Source: a bacterium
Lineage (GTDB): Bacteria > Patescibacteriota > Andersenbacteria > UBA10190
Reading direction: 5' to 3'
DNA: 64,000 nucleotides
NCBI GenBank assembly: GCA_030698495.1
Contig: JAUYKA010000035.1
Location: 8,778 to 72,777 of the forward strand
Below the pieces are notes generated by a model. That model was not told the DNA's origin and searched no databases. It saw nothing but the letters and a program-made list of their open reading frames with translations. A program made the position numbers and the translations under genes. Within the stretch, counting starts at the first letter, position 1; each line of letters begins with the position of its first letter. Positions 1-9,208 of the stretch are shown here, one piece after another.

Positions 1-201
1 CGGCAGAGATTGGCCGTGAAAGAATTCTGGTTTCTTTTCCTCGATCGCTTTCGGCACCTGGTAAGAAGCCGCTCTTTCTGCGTCCATTTTGTTCATTTCG
101 AACCAAAGGAGTGGGCCGAAGAATATTGCGCAAGGCACAAGCAAACCAAAAAAGCTAATAACCGCCAGGCTTCTAATGGCCTGTCTTTGAGTAATGGTCA
201 T
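1..201 (-). CDS. Hypothetical membrane-anchored protein, runs off the window edge (MTITQRQAIRSLAVISFFGLLVPCAIFFGPLLWF...)
   Basis: Manual translation: ATG at 201, AAGGAGG SD at ~207-214, N-terminal hydrophobic helix, open to position 1. Confidence 0.65.
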   Translation of the reverse strand, partial: MTITQRQAIRSLAVISFFGLLVPCAIFFGPLLWFEMNKMDAERAASYQVPKAIEEKKPEFFHGQSLP

Positions 202-429
202 AATAGACCTCCTTGAATGGGTTTCAGTTGGAAAGTGTACAAGACCAGTAATTACACACATATTTAGTAATTCGTCAAGATTGACAAAATCTTTCGGGCG
301 GCTAATATAGTGAATATCACTACGAAAAAGCTCCCATGCGGGTTTTGTCCCACAGCGGGGCTTTTTCATTTTTGCCTACTTATATACGAACCGTGCGGAT
401 TTTTTGTTTCCTATGCTAAAATCCATAAT

Positions 430-897
430 ATGATTATCGAGATTGATCAGAGCGGAAAAGTTGAGGAAACGGCAAAAGATACAGTTGTCGCTTTCGTTGA
501 TAACAGTAAGAAGAAGCTGTATCGGTCAATATTGTTACCTAAAAAGGAGAAGAGAAAATTACAGCGTTTTTTCCGAGACGTTGGGATGCCGCGCAGATAT
601 AACTATCAAGTCTTTTCTGCATTAATCTTCTTACTCATTCGCCCTTATTTACGTCGACTAGATAGAGTTATAGTTGATATTGAGTATCCTGGACAAAATA
701 CGTTGATTAGGAATCTCATTCTCGAAAAAGTACGTCCAATTTACGAGAAATTTGATCCTTCTATTATTGTATTCCAGCGAATCGGAAAAGGGTCGCCGGC
801 CCACGACCGTGCTTATTACACATATCAGAAAAAATATAAGCCCAATCAAAAAATTGGTAGTAAAGACGTATTAGGGGCTATTATAGCTCCGGAATAA
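430..897 (+). CDS. RNase H-fold protein, DUF3800-like
   Basis: Start reassigned to ATG 430 just after extended -10 TGcTAAAAT; N-terminal IEIDQSG, central IVDIEY and C-terminal SPAHDRA resemble DUF3800/RNase H-like acidic motifs. Confidence 0.55.
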   Translation: MIIEIDQSGKVEETAKDTVVAFVDNSKKKLYRSILLPKKEKRKLQRFFRDVGMPRRYNYQVFSALIFLLIRPYLRRLDRVIVDIEYPGQNTLIRNLILEKVRPIYEKFDPSIIVFQRIGKGSPAHDRAYYTYQKKYKPNQKIGSKDVLGAIIAPE

Positions 898-959
898 AAA
901 ACCAGGCCCCGCGCTTAACTATCGAGTTTACGATTGGTCGGCGCCGCAGCCTGATTTAT
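895..959 (-). ncRNA. Candidate hairpin sRNA convergent on the DUF3800-like gene
   Basis: Nested pairings ATCAGGC/GCCTGGT, GCGC/GCGC, ATCG/CGAT followed by a T run; own promoter upstream. Confidence 0.5.
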
Positions 960-965
960 ACTCTC

Positions 966-993
966 ATTATATTTCGGGATTCGCGAAAGTCAA
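966..993 (-). promoter_or_regulatory. sigma70 promoter for the candidate sRNA
   Basis: TTGACT (993-988), 16 nt, TATAAT (971-966). Confidence 0.65.
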
Positions 994-1230
994 GAGCAAA
1001 AAATAGGCGATAAAAAACCACCCCGCACAATGCGAGGAGGAAACGCCTATTCTAGTTAGCCCCTAGAAGACTTCACTACCAGTAGGTAGTTCCGCCATAC
1101 GGTCGGTTTTCGGCTTTTTTTGTTTATGACCATATTGTAATCAAATTATGATAGATGAGCCAGCCTAATCTCTATAGCCGCACTATTCCATTAGCGGCTT
1201 AGGTAAAAGGAATTATGGTATAATATATTT

Positions 1231-2445
1231 ATGTTTACCTACCCGCATCGCATAATAAGACCATTTACGCATCCCTTCACCGTTGCTACTGCCGGTTTGT
1301 ATACAATAACGATTAATGCTATCTGCCGCTCCGGCAGACAAATCAACCAGCCCGGTGGTGAAGATTTGCGAGTAGAAATTGACAGTATAGCACTGCGGGA
1401 AATACCGGCTGTCGCCCGCACACAAGAATATGATATACCCCCTGCGTGGAATGGGACTCAATTATGCGGATTGTCTAAAACTGTTGTTTTTGTATTGCGT
1501 CTTGAGACCGGTAATCATCAAATCAATTTTATACCATATCGTGGCGCAGAAATTGTGGCTGAACCGAAGATCGAATTAGTCAGTGATCCACACTCATTAT
1601 CCTTAATAATGGAACAGCAAGCCGAAGATAGTGATCGAAGGCCATGGTATACGATTTCGCTTGTTAATTTGCCGTTACAAAGACTCACCATTGATGCAAC
1701 GGCTAAATGGCACTTAGGCGATAGTGACGATATTAAAATCATTGTTGATAATGCTGTAAAGCCTAATCCTAGCTCTCTGGCAATCCTTCGTCGTGACTGG
1801 CTCATATCCGGCAGTCTTCTAAAAAAGCTTTTCAAGAATGAACGCCAGCAATTCAATTTTGAAGAAAATCTGAACCAAGGTATTCACTATATAGAACTTT
1901 GGGCGGATCGGGAACCCATAATACATAGCTTTGAGCTAGATTTAGGAGATATAGAGATTGAAGAACCGGCCCAACGCACACCGACAGTAGACGATCCAAA
2001 ATGGACAGGCAATTTTGATGATGACTCCGAGACCATCCTCCTTGCCCGTCTTATTTTCGGTGAAGCAGAGGGTGAATCTAGAGAGGCTAAAACTTGGGTC
2101 GGAGCGAGTGTATTAAACCGAGTTAGGGCACAAACATGGTGGGGCAAAACATTGCGTGAAGTAATTTTGAAGCCAGCGCAATACGATCCATTCGGACTAA
2201 CCGATGAGCGCTTTAAAACCATCATCAATCCAATGAAAAACGCTAATTCTGGCACAGTACAAGCATGGCATGAATCATACACAGTAGCGGAGGAGCTACT
2301 TTCCGGGAAAATTTCAATTCCAACTGAAGCAACTCACTTTCACGGCATCGGTATTGTTCGTGACGAATTTATCAAAAAGGTTGTGCCAAATGGACGTTTC
2401 TTACGACAAATCGACAATACATTTTTTTATTGGAGTCCCAATTAA
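1231..2445 (+). CDS. Cell wall hydrolase (SleB/Hydrolase_2 domain at C-terminus) with duplicated N-terminal beta-rich domains
   Basis: LARLIFGEAEGE...VLNRV...VILKPAQY...ATHF SleB motifs; leaderless TGgTATAAT at 1216-1224. Confidence 0.8.
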   Translation: MFTYPHRIIRPFTHPFTVATAGLYTITINAICRSGRQINQPGGEDLRVEIDSIALREIPAVARTQEYDIPPAWNGTQLCGLSKTVVFVLRLETGNHQINFIPYRGAEIVAEPKIELVSDPHSLSLIMEQQAEDSDRRPWYTISLVNLPLQRLTIDATAKWHLGDSDDIKIIVDNAVKPNPSSLAILRRDWLISGSLLKKLFKNERQQFNFEENLNQGIHYIELWADREPIIHSFELDLGDIEIEEPAQRTPTVDDPKWTGNFDDDSETILLARLIFGEAEGESREAKTWVGASVLNRVRAQTWWGKTLREVILKPAQYDPFGLTDERFKTIINPMKNANSGTVQAWHESYTVAEELLSGKISIPTEATHFHGIGIVRDEFIKKVVPNGRFLRQIDNTFFYWSPN

Positions 2446-2446
2446 T

Positions 2447-3007
2447 ATGAAAACCAGACTAATAATTGTACCTGTCTCGTATGTATTACTTGGCATTATT
2501 AGCTCAACACTATTTTTTTATCTAGTGAGGCCAAAAAACAACATTACTTTACCTACCATTACAACACAACCAACAAAACTGCCCGTAACCAGCAATAAAA
2601 ACCCGTACGGGGAACGTTCATTATTTGATTTTTCTCCCGATCAGAAGAATATTGCTTTTATCGAGGATGTTTTCGAAAAATACGGCCATAATTATGACCG
2701 TTATTATGCTGTCAATGTTTTTAATGTAGAAAGCAAACGGGAAAAGAGTCTTTTGATTGATACCTATAAAATATCCGGTTTTGAATGGCGTAATAATGAT
2801 ACGATACGAGTTTTCCTGGATGCCGGCACAGGCATTCGCGCTTATCGTGATATCTCGATTCAAATTTCGAAACCGCTTATTTTCAAGGACTTTGTGGCGA
2901 GCAGCCATAAGCCAGAAACGTTCTGGACACCCGACGAGCAATACCTCCAGGAGCTCCAAAGAAAACAGCTAGCCAACCAGAAATACCTAGAGCTTACGTC
3001 GCAATAA
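2447..3007 (+). CDS. Hypothetical membrane-anchored protein
   Basis: ATG 2 nt after the hydrolase stop; N-terminal TM helix then FDFSPDQKNIAF beta-rich domain. Confidence 0.65.
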   Translation: MKTRLIIVPVSYVLLGIISSTLFFYLVRPKNNITLPTITTQPTKLPVTSNKNPYGERSLFDFSPDQKNIAFIEDVFEKYGHNYDRYYAVNVFNVESKREKSLLIDTYKISGFEWRNNDTIRVFLDAGTGIRAYRDISIQISKPLIFKDFVASSHKPETFWTPDEQYLQELQRKQLANQKYLELTSQ

Positions 3008-3040
3008 CCTCCGCTAAATCATGTCAGATAATATGCACTA

Positions 3041-3073
3041 AAAGTGCTCACCGTATTTTGCGATGAGCACTTT
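3041..3073. terminator. Bidirectional hairpin terminator
   Basis: AAAGTGCTCA...TGAGCACTTT between convergent genes. Confidence 0.6.
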
Positions 3074-3087
3074 CATTGTTCTTAATT

Positions 3088-4317
3088 TTATAGCGATTGA
3101 TCTTCTGAATCGCCGTGGTTCCTAGCTTCTTTTTGTTCGCGCATCTTACGGCGGATGAACGTAGGCACTTCCAGGTCTTCGTCATTACCATCCGTTCGCG
3201 GAGTCACGACAGGGCGGCTATATGGATTTGGTTTTACTTCCGGCTGACTGCGAACCGGCTCCGACTCCGGTATAGCACCGAAACGAACCGGCTGGGTAGC
3301 CATTCCCTGGCTATAGGGAATCGCCCCGCTATAACGTTCTGTCTTACGAACAGCTTCCGGCTTATCAAAACCAGTCGCCACCACTGTAATTTTTAATTCC
3401 CCCTCTTCTACCTGGTTGTTATCAATAACCGTCCCGAATATTACTTTCGCGTTATTATCCGCGTGTTCTGTAATCACTCGCGCCGCTTCCTCCACTTCAA
3501 ACATCTTCAGATCTTCCCCCGCAGTAACATTAAAGATAATACCCTTAGCCCCATCAATCGTAATATCCAACAAAGGACTCTCAATGGCCGCCCTTGCCGC
3601 GTCCACCGCCCTATTCTCGCCAGACGCTCGGCCAATTCCCATTAACGCTGACCCAGCGTTAGACGTTATCGCTCTTATGTCCGCAAAATCAACATTCACC
3701 ATACCATGATGGACAATCAAATCTGATATGCCCTGCACCCCCTGACGCAAAACGTCATCTACCACGCGGAATGCGTCCACTAAACTTGTCTTCTTATCAA
3801 TTATCTGTAACAATCGATCGTTCGGCACCACCACTGCCGCGTCCACTCTGTCCTGCAATTCCGCCAGCGCTTCTTCCGCAATCGTCATCCGTTGCTGGCC
3901 CTCAAACGAAAAGGGACGCGTTACCACCCCCACCGTAAGAGCGCCGCTTTCTTTGGCAATCTCTGATATCACCGGACCGGCTCCGCTGCCTGTACCACCG
4001 CCAAAACCGCACGTAATAAATACCATATCCGACCCCTTCAAAACCTCGTAGATTTCCTCACGACTTTCTTCCGCCGCTTGCTGGCCAACAGAGGGATCCA
4101 TTCCTGCTCCCAGGCCCCGTGTAATAGTCTGACCGATATGAATTTTTGTCGGTGCCCCGGAATAATGCAGCGCCTGCGCGTCCGTGTTTACCGCGATAAA
4201 CTCAACCCCCTTAATTTGCGCTTCCACCATTCTGTTCAAAGCCGCGTTGCCAGAACCACCCACGCCGACAACCTTAATGTTGGCTACATTCTCTATACTT
4301 GGTTTTACTACTGGCAT
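3088..4317 (-). CDS. ftsZ: Cell division protein FtsZ
   Basis: GVGGSG, GGGTGSG tubulin signature, NVDFAD, C-terminal EVPTFIR. Confidence 0.98.
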   Translation of the reverse strand: MPVVKPSIENVANIKVVGVGGSGNAALNRMVEAQIKGVEFIAVNTDAQALHYSGAPTKIHIGQTITRGLGAGMDPSVGQQAAEESREEIYEVLKGSDMVFITCGFGGGTGSGAGPVISEIAKESGALTVGVVTRPFSFEGQQRMTIAEEALAELQDRVDAAVVVPNDRLLQIIDKKTSLVDAFRVVDDVLRQGVQGISDLIVHHGMVNVDFADIRAITSNAGSALMGIGRASGENRAVDAARAAIESPLLDITIDGAKGIIFNVTAGEDLKMFEVEEAARVITEHADNNAKVIFGTVIDNNQVEEGELKITVVATGFDKPEAVRKTERYSGAIPYSQGMATQPVRFGAIPESEPVRSQPEVKPNPYSRPVVTPRTDGNDEDLEVPTFIRRKMREQKEARNHGDSEDQSL

Positions 4318-4508
4318 AATGTTTTTCTACACAATTAAACAGTTCTCGTCTCGTTTTGCAGCACGGCATAACAAAACATCACTTATACTTCTTTAAGCGT
4401 AGAGGGTTGTTCTAGAATGTCAATAACAAAACCTGTTCACTTTGGACACACTTGTTGTTCACTAAATCCGCGCCTCGTAAAGGCGCGGCTTCATTTCTAT
4501 CACTCAAT

Positions 4509-5756
4509 TTACGGCATGAAAGTCTTAAGCCAGCCGCGGATACGATGAGCTGTATTTCCCCAATCATGTAAATTGATCAGCGTTCGTTGACGTCCTTTTC
4601 CTTCCTGATCAAATGCCCATAAAAGTAAACCCAACACCACCGCGTATCCAGGACTGGCTGCCTTTTCAGATAAACCAGACATTTCTTGTACCCGACCAAC
4701 TCGGGCAGGCAAACGTAACCTCTTCTTCGCTATCTCCACCACCCCGGGCAACTGCGCGCCACCGCCAGTAAACACAATACCCGCCGGTAAAAGACCAGAA
4801 CGATTTACTCCCTTAAGCTCCCGATCGACAAAAGAAAAAATCTCTTCCAGCCTGGCCCGAATAATAGTAGCCACTTCTTTTCTTGAAACCGATTCTTGTT
4901 CATTGTTTTCATCTCCCTCAATCAGTATAGCTTCGTTGGTTTTTATCTCATCGGCTAACGCCGTACCATGTTCCACCTTAACCACTTCAGCCACATCAAT
5001 GGACGTGCGCAGACCGATTGCTATATCGTTAGTTATGTGACTGGATCCCAGTGGTAAAACCGCGGTATGTAACAAGGCATTTTCTTCATACACTACCAGA
5101 CTGGTAGTTCCCGCCCCCAGATCAACCAGCACCACTCCTAACTCTTTCTGTCTTTTATCCAGAAGAATCTGCGCCGCCGCCAGCGGTGAAAACACAAAAT
5201 CCTCAACATGAACACCAGCCTGGTTCACCGCTTTGGTTATGTTCTTAATAAAAGGAGCCGATCCTTCAATAATATGCGTCTCCACTTCCAGCCTTACCCC
5301 CGTCATCCCCACCGGATCATGAATATGTTCCTGCCCGTCTACAACAAAATTTTGCGGCAGTACATGCAGGATCTCCCTATTGCTTGGCAGCGAAATCGCC
5401 TGCGCGGCATTAATAACCCTGGCCACGTCATCGGCGGTAATCTCGCCATCCGCTCGACTAACCGCTATAACCCCTCTTGAATTCTGCGACATTATATGAG
5501 ACCCGTTTATGCTCACATACGCGTGTTCAATCGGCACACCCGCTACTCGCTCCGCCACATCCAACGCCTTACTAATCGACGCTACCGCCGCCTCAACATC
5601 GGTAATCACACCTTTCTGCATGCCGTCCATAGGCTCGGCCGATATGCCAAGAATTGTCGGGCTTTGCCCCGCCAGCGCGCCGCCTAGTTGAGCCACCGCT
5701 ACTCGGACTTGGGAAGAACCGACGTCGATGCCTGTTACGTGTTGTTCACGAGCCAT
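4509..5756 (-). CDS. ftsA: Cell division protein FtsA
   Basis: IDVGSS, DLGAGTT, HITNDIA, TGGGAQL actin-like motifs; next to ftsZ. Confidence 0.97.
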   Translation of the reverse strand: MAREQHVTGIDVGSSQVRVAVAQLGGALAGQSPTILGISAEPMDGMQKGVITDVEAAVASISKALDVAERVAGVPIEHAYVSINGSHIMSQNSRGVIAVSRADGEITADDVARVINAAQAISLPSNREILHVLPQNFVVDGQEHIHDPVGMTGVRLEVETHIIEGSAPFIKNITKAVNQAGVHVEDFVFSPLAAAQILLDKRQKELGVVLVDLGAGTTSLVVYEENALLHTAVLPLGSSHITNDIAIGLRTSIDVAEVVKVEHGTALADEIKTNEAILIEGDENNEQESVSRKEVATIIRARLEEIFSFVDRELKGVNRSGLLPAGIVFTGGGAQLPGVVEIAKKRLRLPARVGRVQEMSGLSEKAASPGYAVVLGLLLWAFDQEGKGRQRTLINLHDWGNTAHRIRGWLKTFMP

Positions 5757-5940
5757 ATTATATCTATATCAAATCAATAATTAATACTAATTGTAAACCG
5801 TCGTCTGTTTTTTTGCACGCCCAGTTGCCGCTATAAAGAAGGGCTAAGGACTAATTAAGATAAAATTTATCTATAAGCCAGACACCCAGTAAACAAAACA
5901 CAACATCACAAGAATAAGTATTGTATAGCCGGGCAAACCC

Positions 5941-6348
5941 CTAAAAATTTAACTGCTGTAATAGATGGGGAACAAACACCACTATACCGATAACCAACGC
6001 GACTAAACTTACGATCAATACCGCCCCCGCCATCATGTCCTTGGCTTTTTGTACCAACTCTCCATAATCCGGATGTACTGCGTCAGCTAAAGCCTCCATT
6101 GCCGAATTCATCATCTCCAAACTCAACACTGCCCCGGCCGCCAATAAAACGATTACTGTCTCCGTAACCCCCACCCGCAACCACCAAACCAATCCCAAAA
6201 CCACCAGCAACACTATGCTCTGCCGTCGAACATTTGCCTCGGACCACAAGCCGATGATTACTCCGCGCACCGCGTGAGTAACCGAAGCAGAAAAAGACCT
6301 GCTCTTGCCCGTACGACCGTGAAATACATTACCAAACCCTGAACGCAT
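5941..6348 (-). CDS. dgkA: Diacylglycerol/undecaprenol kinase family protein
   Basis: LEMMNSAMEALAD...AKDMMAGAVL motif; follows ybeY. Confidence 0.85.
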   Translation of the reverse strand: MRSGFGNVFHGRTGKSRSFSASVTHAVRGVIIGLWSEANVRRQSIVLLVVLGLVWWLRVGVTETVIVLLAAGAVLSLEMMNSAMEALADAVHPDYGELVQKAKDMMAGAVLIVSLVALVIGIVVFVPHLLQQLNF

Positions 6349-6363
6349 AACAATATTTTACCA

Positions 6364-6792
6364 CTATTCTGACAGCACTGCTTTGTAGCCGCACTGTTGT
6401 AAAATATTTCTTTCCCGTTCTCGAGTCAGCTCCGCTTCCGTTAATGATCTTTCATGATCCATACCCGCCGCGTGCAAAAACGCATGTACTAACAGCCACG
6501 CCATATAATCACGCCACGACATTCCGTGCTCTTTAGCTTCTTCTTTTGCTATCTGATCACATAAAGCAACATCATGCTCACCTTCGTCATAGGAAAAAGT
6601 CAATACATTTGTCGCCCGATCCAACCCCCGATATTGCTTATTTAGCTTTCTCGCTTCTTCCTTCTTTACAACCACCACTGTTACTAAATCGTCCGTACAC
6701 CCCATCTCGCCAACCACCGCTTGCCATAAAGTGTTAGCTTCTACTAAAGTCAGCGGCATTTTTCTCCCCTTCAACAAAACCGGCACAACCAA
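6364..6792 (-). CDS. ybeY: rRNA maturation RNase YbeY
   Basis: LNKQYRG..TNVLTF, HAFLHAAGMDH zinc motif; exact start uncertain (ATG 6759 possible). Confidence 0.92.
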   Translation of the reverse strand: MVVPVLLKGRKMPLTLVEANTLWQAVVGEMGCTDDLVTVVVVKKEEARKLNKQYRGLDRATNVLTFSYDEGEHDVALCDQIAKEEAKEHGMSWRDYMAWLLVHAFLHAAGMDHERSLTEAELTRERERNILQQCGYKAVLSE

Positions 6793-6798
6793 ATAACA

Positions 6799-7689
6799 TT
6801 AAAGCTTATCGCCGGGCGAAGGAATGAGCGGATTATAACCGTTCTGTATTTCCTCGCCATCTGAATAACCATCACCGTCCGTATCCGGGTTAAACGGATC
6901 GCTGCCAAACGCCCGCTCATCAGGATCGGGAAACCCGTCGTTATCCGAATCCAGTTTACCCGGACCCAAAGGATCGTACCCCACCTTCACTTCATCGCCA
7001 TCACTATATCCATCGCCATCACTATCCACTTTAGCAGGATCAGTACCATAATATTTCTCTTCCGCCGCGGTTAGCCCGTCATGATCCGCATCCAATACTT
7101 CGGCCTCGGCATCAACGGACAAAGACGGTTCAGGCGAGGTAGACACTGACGGCTCCAAAGAAACAGACGGACTTGGTGTCGCACTGGTCAAGGGTGGCGG
7201 CGTAGAAGTTGGTGTCACATTGTTAAATAATCCGCCCGCACCCGAACCGCCTCCGGCAAAAAATCTGGCCAGAATCAAACCCAGCACAACCAGCAACAAA
7301 ACCAAAATTATTACTCCCCCTAACAATACCGCCAAACGTTTATTGCGCCGCGGCGGCACCGGACGCTGAAACACTGATGGCGCCAATGCGACACCGCCAA
7401 CCGGCGTAGAACTCCCCTCCCTCTTTGCCGTCGGTACCGCCAAACCACCCGCTTGGCCTTTTCCGGAAGACATGACATTATTACTATTTACATTTTTCTG
7501 AATAAACGGATCAGGTATATCCATGCCTTCGCCTGGACGCTTTACTAACGGTTGCCGACCGACAGGCTCACCCGACATCGTAGCATTTTTCTTGTCATCC
7601 GCACGTCCGCTAAAACCGGAGGGTGTTTTTCCGTCAGAAGCTGCGGCAGATAATGGTAAATTTGTCGGCGGAAACCCCTGATTTGCCAT
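6799..7689 (-). CDS. Membrane protein with bacterial thrombospondin type 3-like Ca-binding repeats
   Basis: TM helix, S/T/P linker, four DxDxDGxxDxxE-type repeats. Confidence 0.75.
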   Translation of the reverse strand: MANQGFPPTNLPLSAAASDGKTPSGFSGRADDKKNATMSGEPVGRQPLVKRPGEGMDIPDPFIQKNVNSNNVMSSGKGQAGGLAVPTAKREGSSTPVGGVALAPSVFQRPVPPRRNKRLAVLLGGVIILVLLLVVLGLILARFFAGGGSGAGGLFNNVTPTSTPPPLTSATPSPSVSLEPSVSTSPEPSLSVDAEAEVLDADHDGLTAAEEKYYGTDPAKVDSDGDGYSDGDEVKVGYDPLGPGKLDSDNDGFPDPDERAFGSDPFNPDTDGDGYSDGEEIQNGYNPLIPSPGDKL

Positions 7690-7826
7690 AATTCAAATTA
7701 ACTAACTGCTTAATTGTCATTATTATAATTGACGTCCGAATAAAAGTCACCCCATAGCTTGCGGCTACCAAAACCCCGCATCCTTATAACACCAGGGTAA
7801 GTTATTTTTCGGTGGTGACAAACCTA

Positions 7827-8093
7827 TTAACGCCTGCCGCCGGAACGACCTTGCGGCCGATACGACAAAGCACTGAACTCATCCAGCTCACCGATTTTTA
7901 TCAAATGCTCTCTCTCCGCCTGCAGCTCCGTGCGCCGTTGGGCTTCTTCCCGCATCCGCCGCCGATTCTTTTTCCGCGTATGAAAACGAATTTTCCTGGC
8001 CTGCAACAAAACACCGCTCTGTTGCACCTTGCGGCTGAATCTCCTCACTACGCTGTCCGATCCTTCATTGTCTCGCCGTTTTACTTCTACCAT
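7827..8093 (-). CDS. rpsU: 30S ribosomal protein bS21
   Basis: MVEVKRRDNEGSDSVVRRFSRKVQQSGVL...RF basic S21 pattern. Confidence 0.8.
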   Translation of the reverse strand: MVEVKRRDNEGSDSVVRRFSRKVQQSGVLLQARKIRFHTRKKNRRRMREEAQRRTELQAEREHLIKIGELDEFSALSYRPQGRSGGRR

Positions 8094-8288
8094 TTTAATA
8101 AAGACACCTCCCAAGATTGAACATAAAGAGTGAAAGAGGACTCAATGAATTAATCGCCATAAAACACCCTCTTTAGAGTAGCGATTATCTAAAAATCCTC
8201 ATTAAAATACTGCCACAAGACGGTTTTCCCGTCAAGACAGTTAATCGCGATCAAAATGCGTTTATCATCTCTTTGTCTTAACGCCCTA

Positions 8289-8753
8289 CTATATTTGAGC
8301 CTTATCCAGAACAGATTGAATACCACCCCCGCCCAACATACCAATCAACGTATTCACAACCAAGAAAGCCACCGCAATAATAATCAGCCCTACAATCGCC
8401 CTGGTAACCGTAGTCTTCGCCGCTTCCAGCTCCCCCGGCGCGTTCTCCATAAAACTCCAGTAAAACATTCTGACGCCGCCGAATATAATAAACAATATCG
8501 CCACCAGACCCGCCAACCCTAACAATGTATTATATATATTAACTAACAGTTGAATAATATCCTCAACACCGCAAGGGTTTGAAGACTCCGTGACATCACC
8601 ATTCGGCAATGTCTTATACCTTATCGGATCGCAATCAGGCAACAACTGAATCGCACTCGCCACCCCCGGTGTCGCTATAAAAATCAATCCCGCAAATCCT
8701 GCCGCCACTATTAGTAATCTTATGTTTGCTGAAATTTTTGAAAATTGGTTCAT
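8289..8753 (-). CDS. TrbC/VirB2-like pilin (CPR type)
   Basis: Signal peptide, Cys pair, LAGLVAILFIIFGG...AKTTVTRAIVGLIII; start reassigned to ATG 8753. Confidence 0.7.
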   Translation of the reverse strand: MNQFSKISANIRLLIVAAGFAGLIFIATPGVASAIQLLPDCDPIRYKTLPNGDVTESSNPCGVEDIIQLLVNIYNTLLGLAGLVAILFIIFGGVRMFYWSFMENAPGELEAAKTTVTRAIVGLIIIAVAFLVVNTLIGMLGGGGIQSVLDKAQI

Positions 8754-8799
8754 TGGAAATTCAATGGAAATTGGAAATTGATAATTGGAAATTGTCGCG

Positions 8800-9171
8800 C
8801 TAACAGCGCATCGGTCCCAGCCTCTCGCCCCCCAAAACATGGAAATGCACGTGCTTCACCACCTGCCCGGCATCATCTCCGACATTACTGATAATCCTAT
8901 ACCCGCCCGCGACTAGGCCTAAATCCCGCGCCACTTTTGTCGCGTCATGAATTAACTTGCCTATTAACAACTGATCATCATCAGTCATGTGTGCCAGTGA
9001 CACTATATGCCGCTTCGGTATTCCCAGCACATGCACCTTGGCTTTCGGAGAAATATCACGAAAAAACAACGTGTCCGTGCTCTCATATACCGCCTCCACC
9101 GGCGTTTCTCCTGTCACCATCCGGCAGAAAATACAATCCGGATCGTGCGTTTCATTCCTCCTAGCTGTCAT
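8800..9171 (-). CDS. HIT family nucleotide-binding protein
   Basis: DCIFC and HVHFHVLGG histidine triad. Confidence 0.95.
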   Translation of the reverse strand: MTARRNETHDPDCIFCRMVTGETPVEAVYESTDTLFFRDISPKAKVHVLGIPKRHIVSLAHMTDDDQLLIGKLIHDATKVARDLGLVAGGYRIISNVGDDAGQVVKHVHFHVLGGERLGPMRC

Positions 9172-9208
9172 ACTCTCATTATAAAACTATCCTGCCCCGT
9201 CCACAAAC

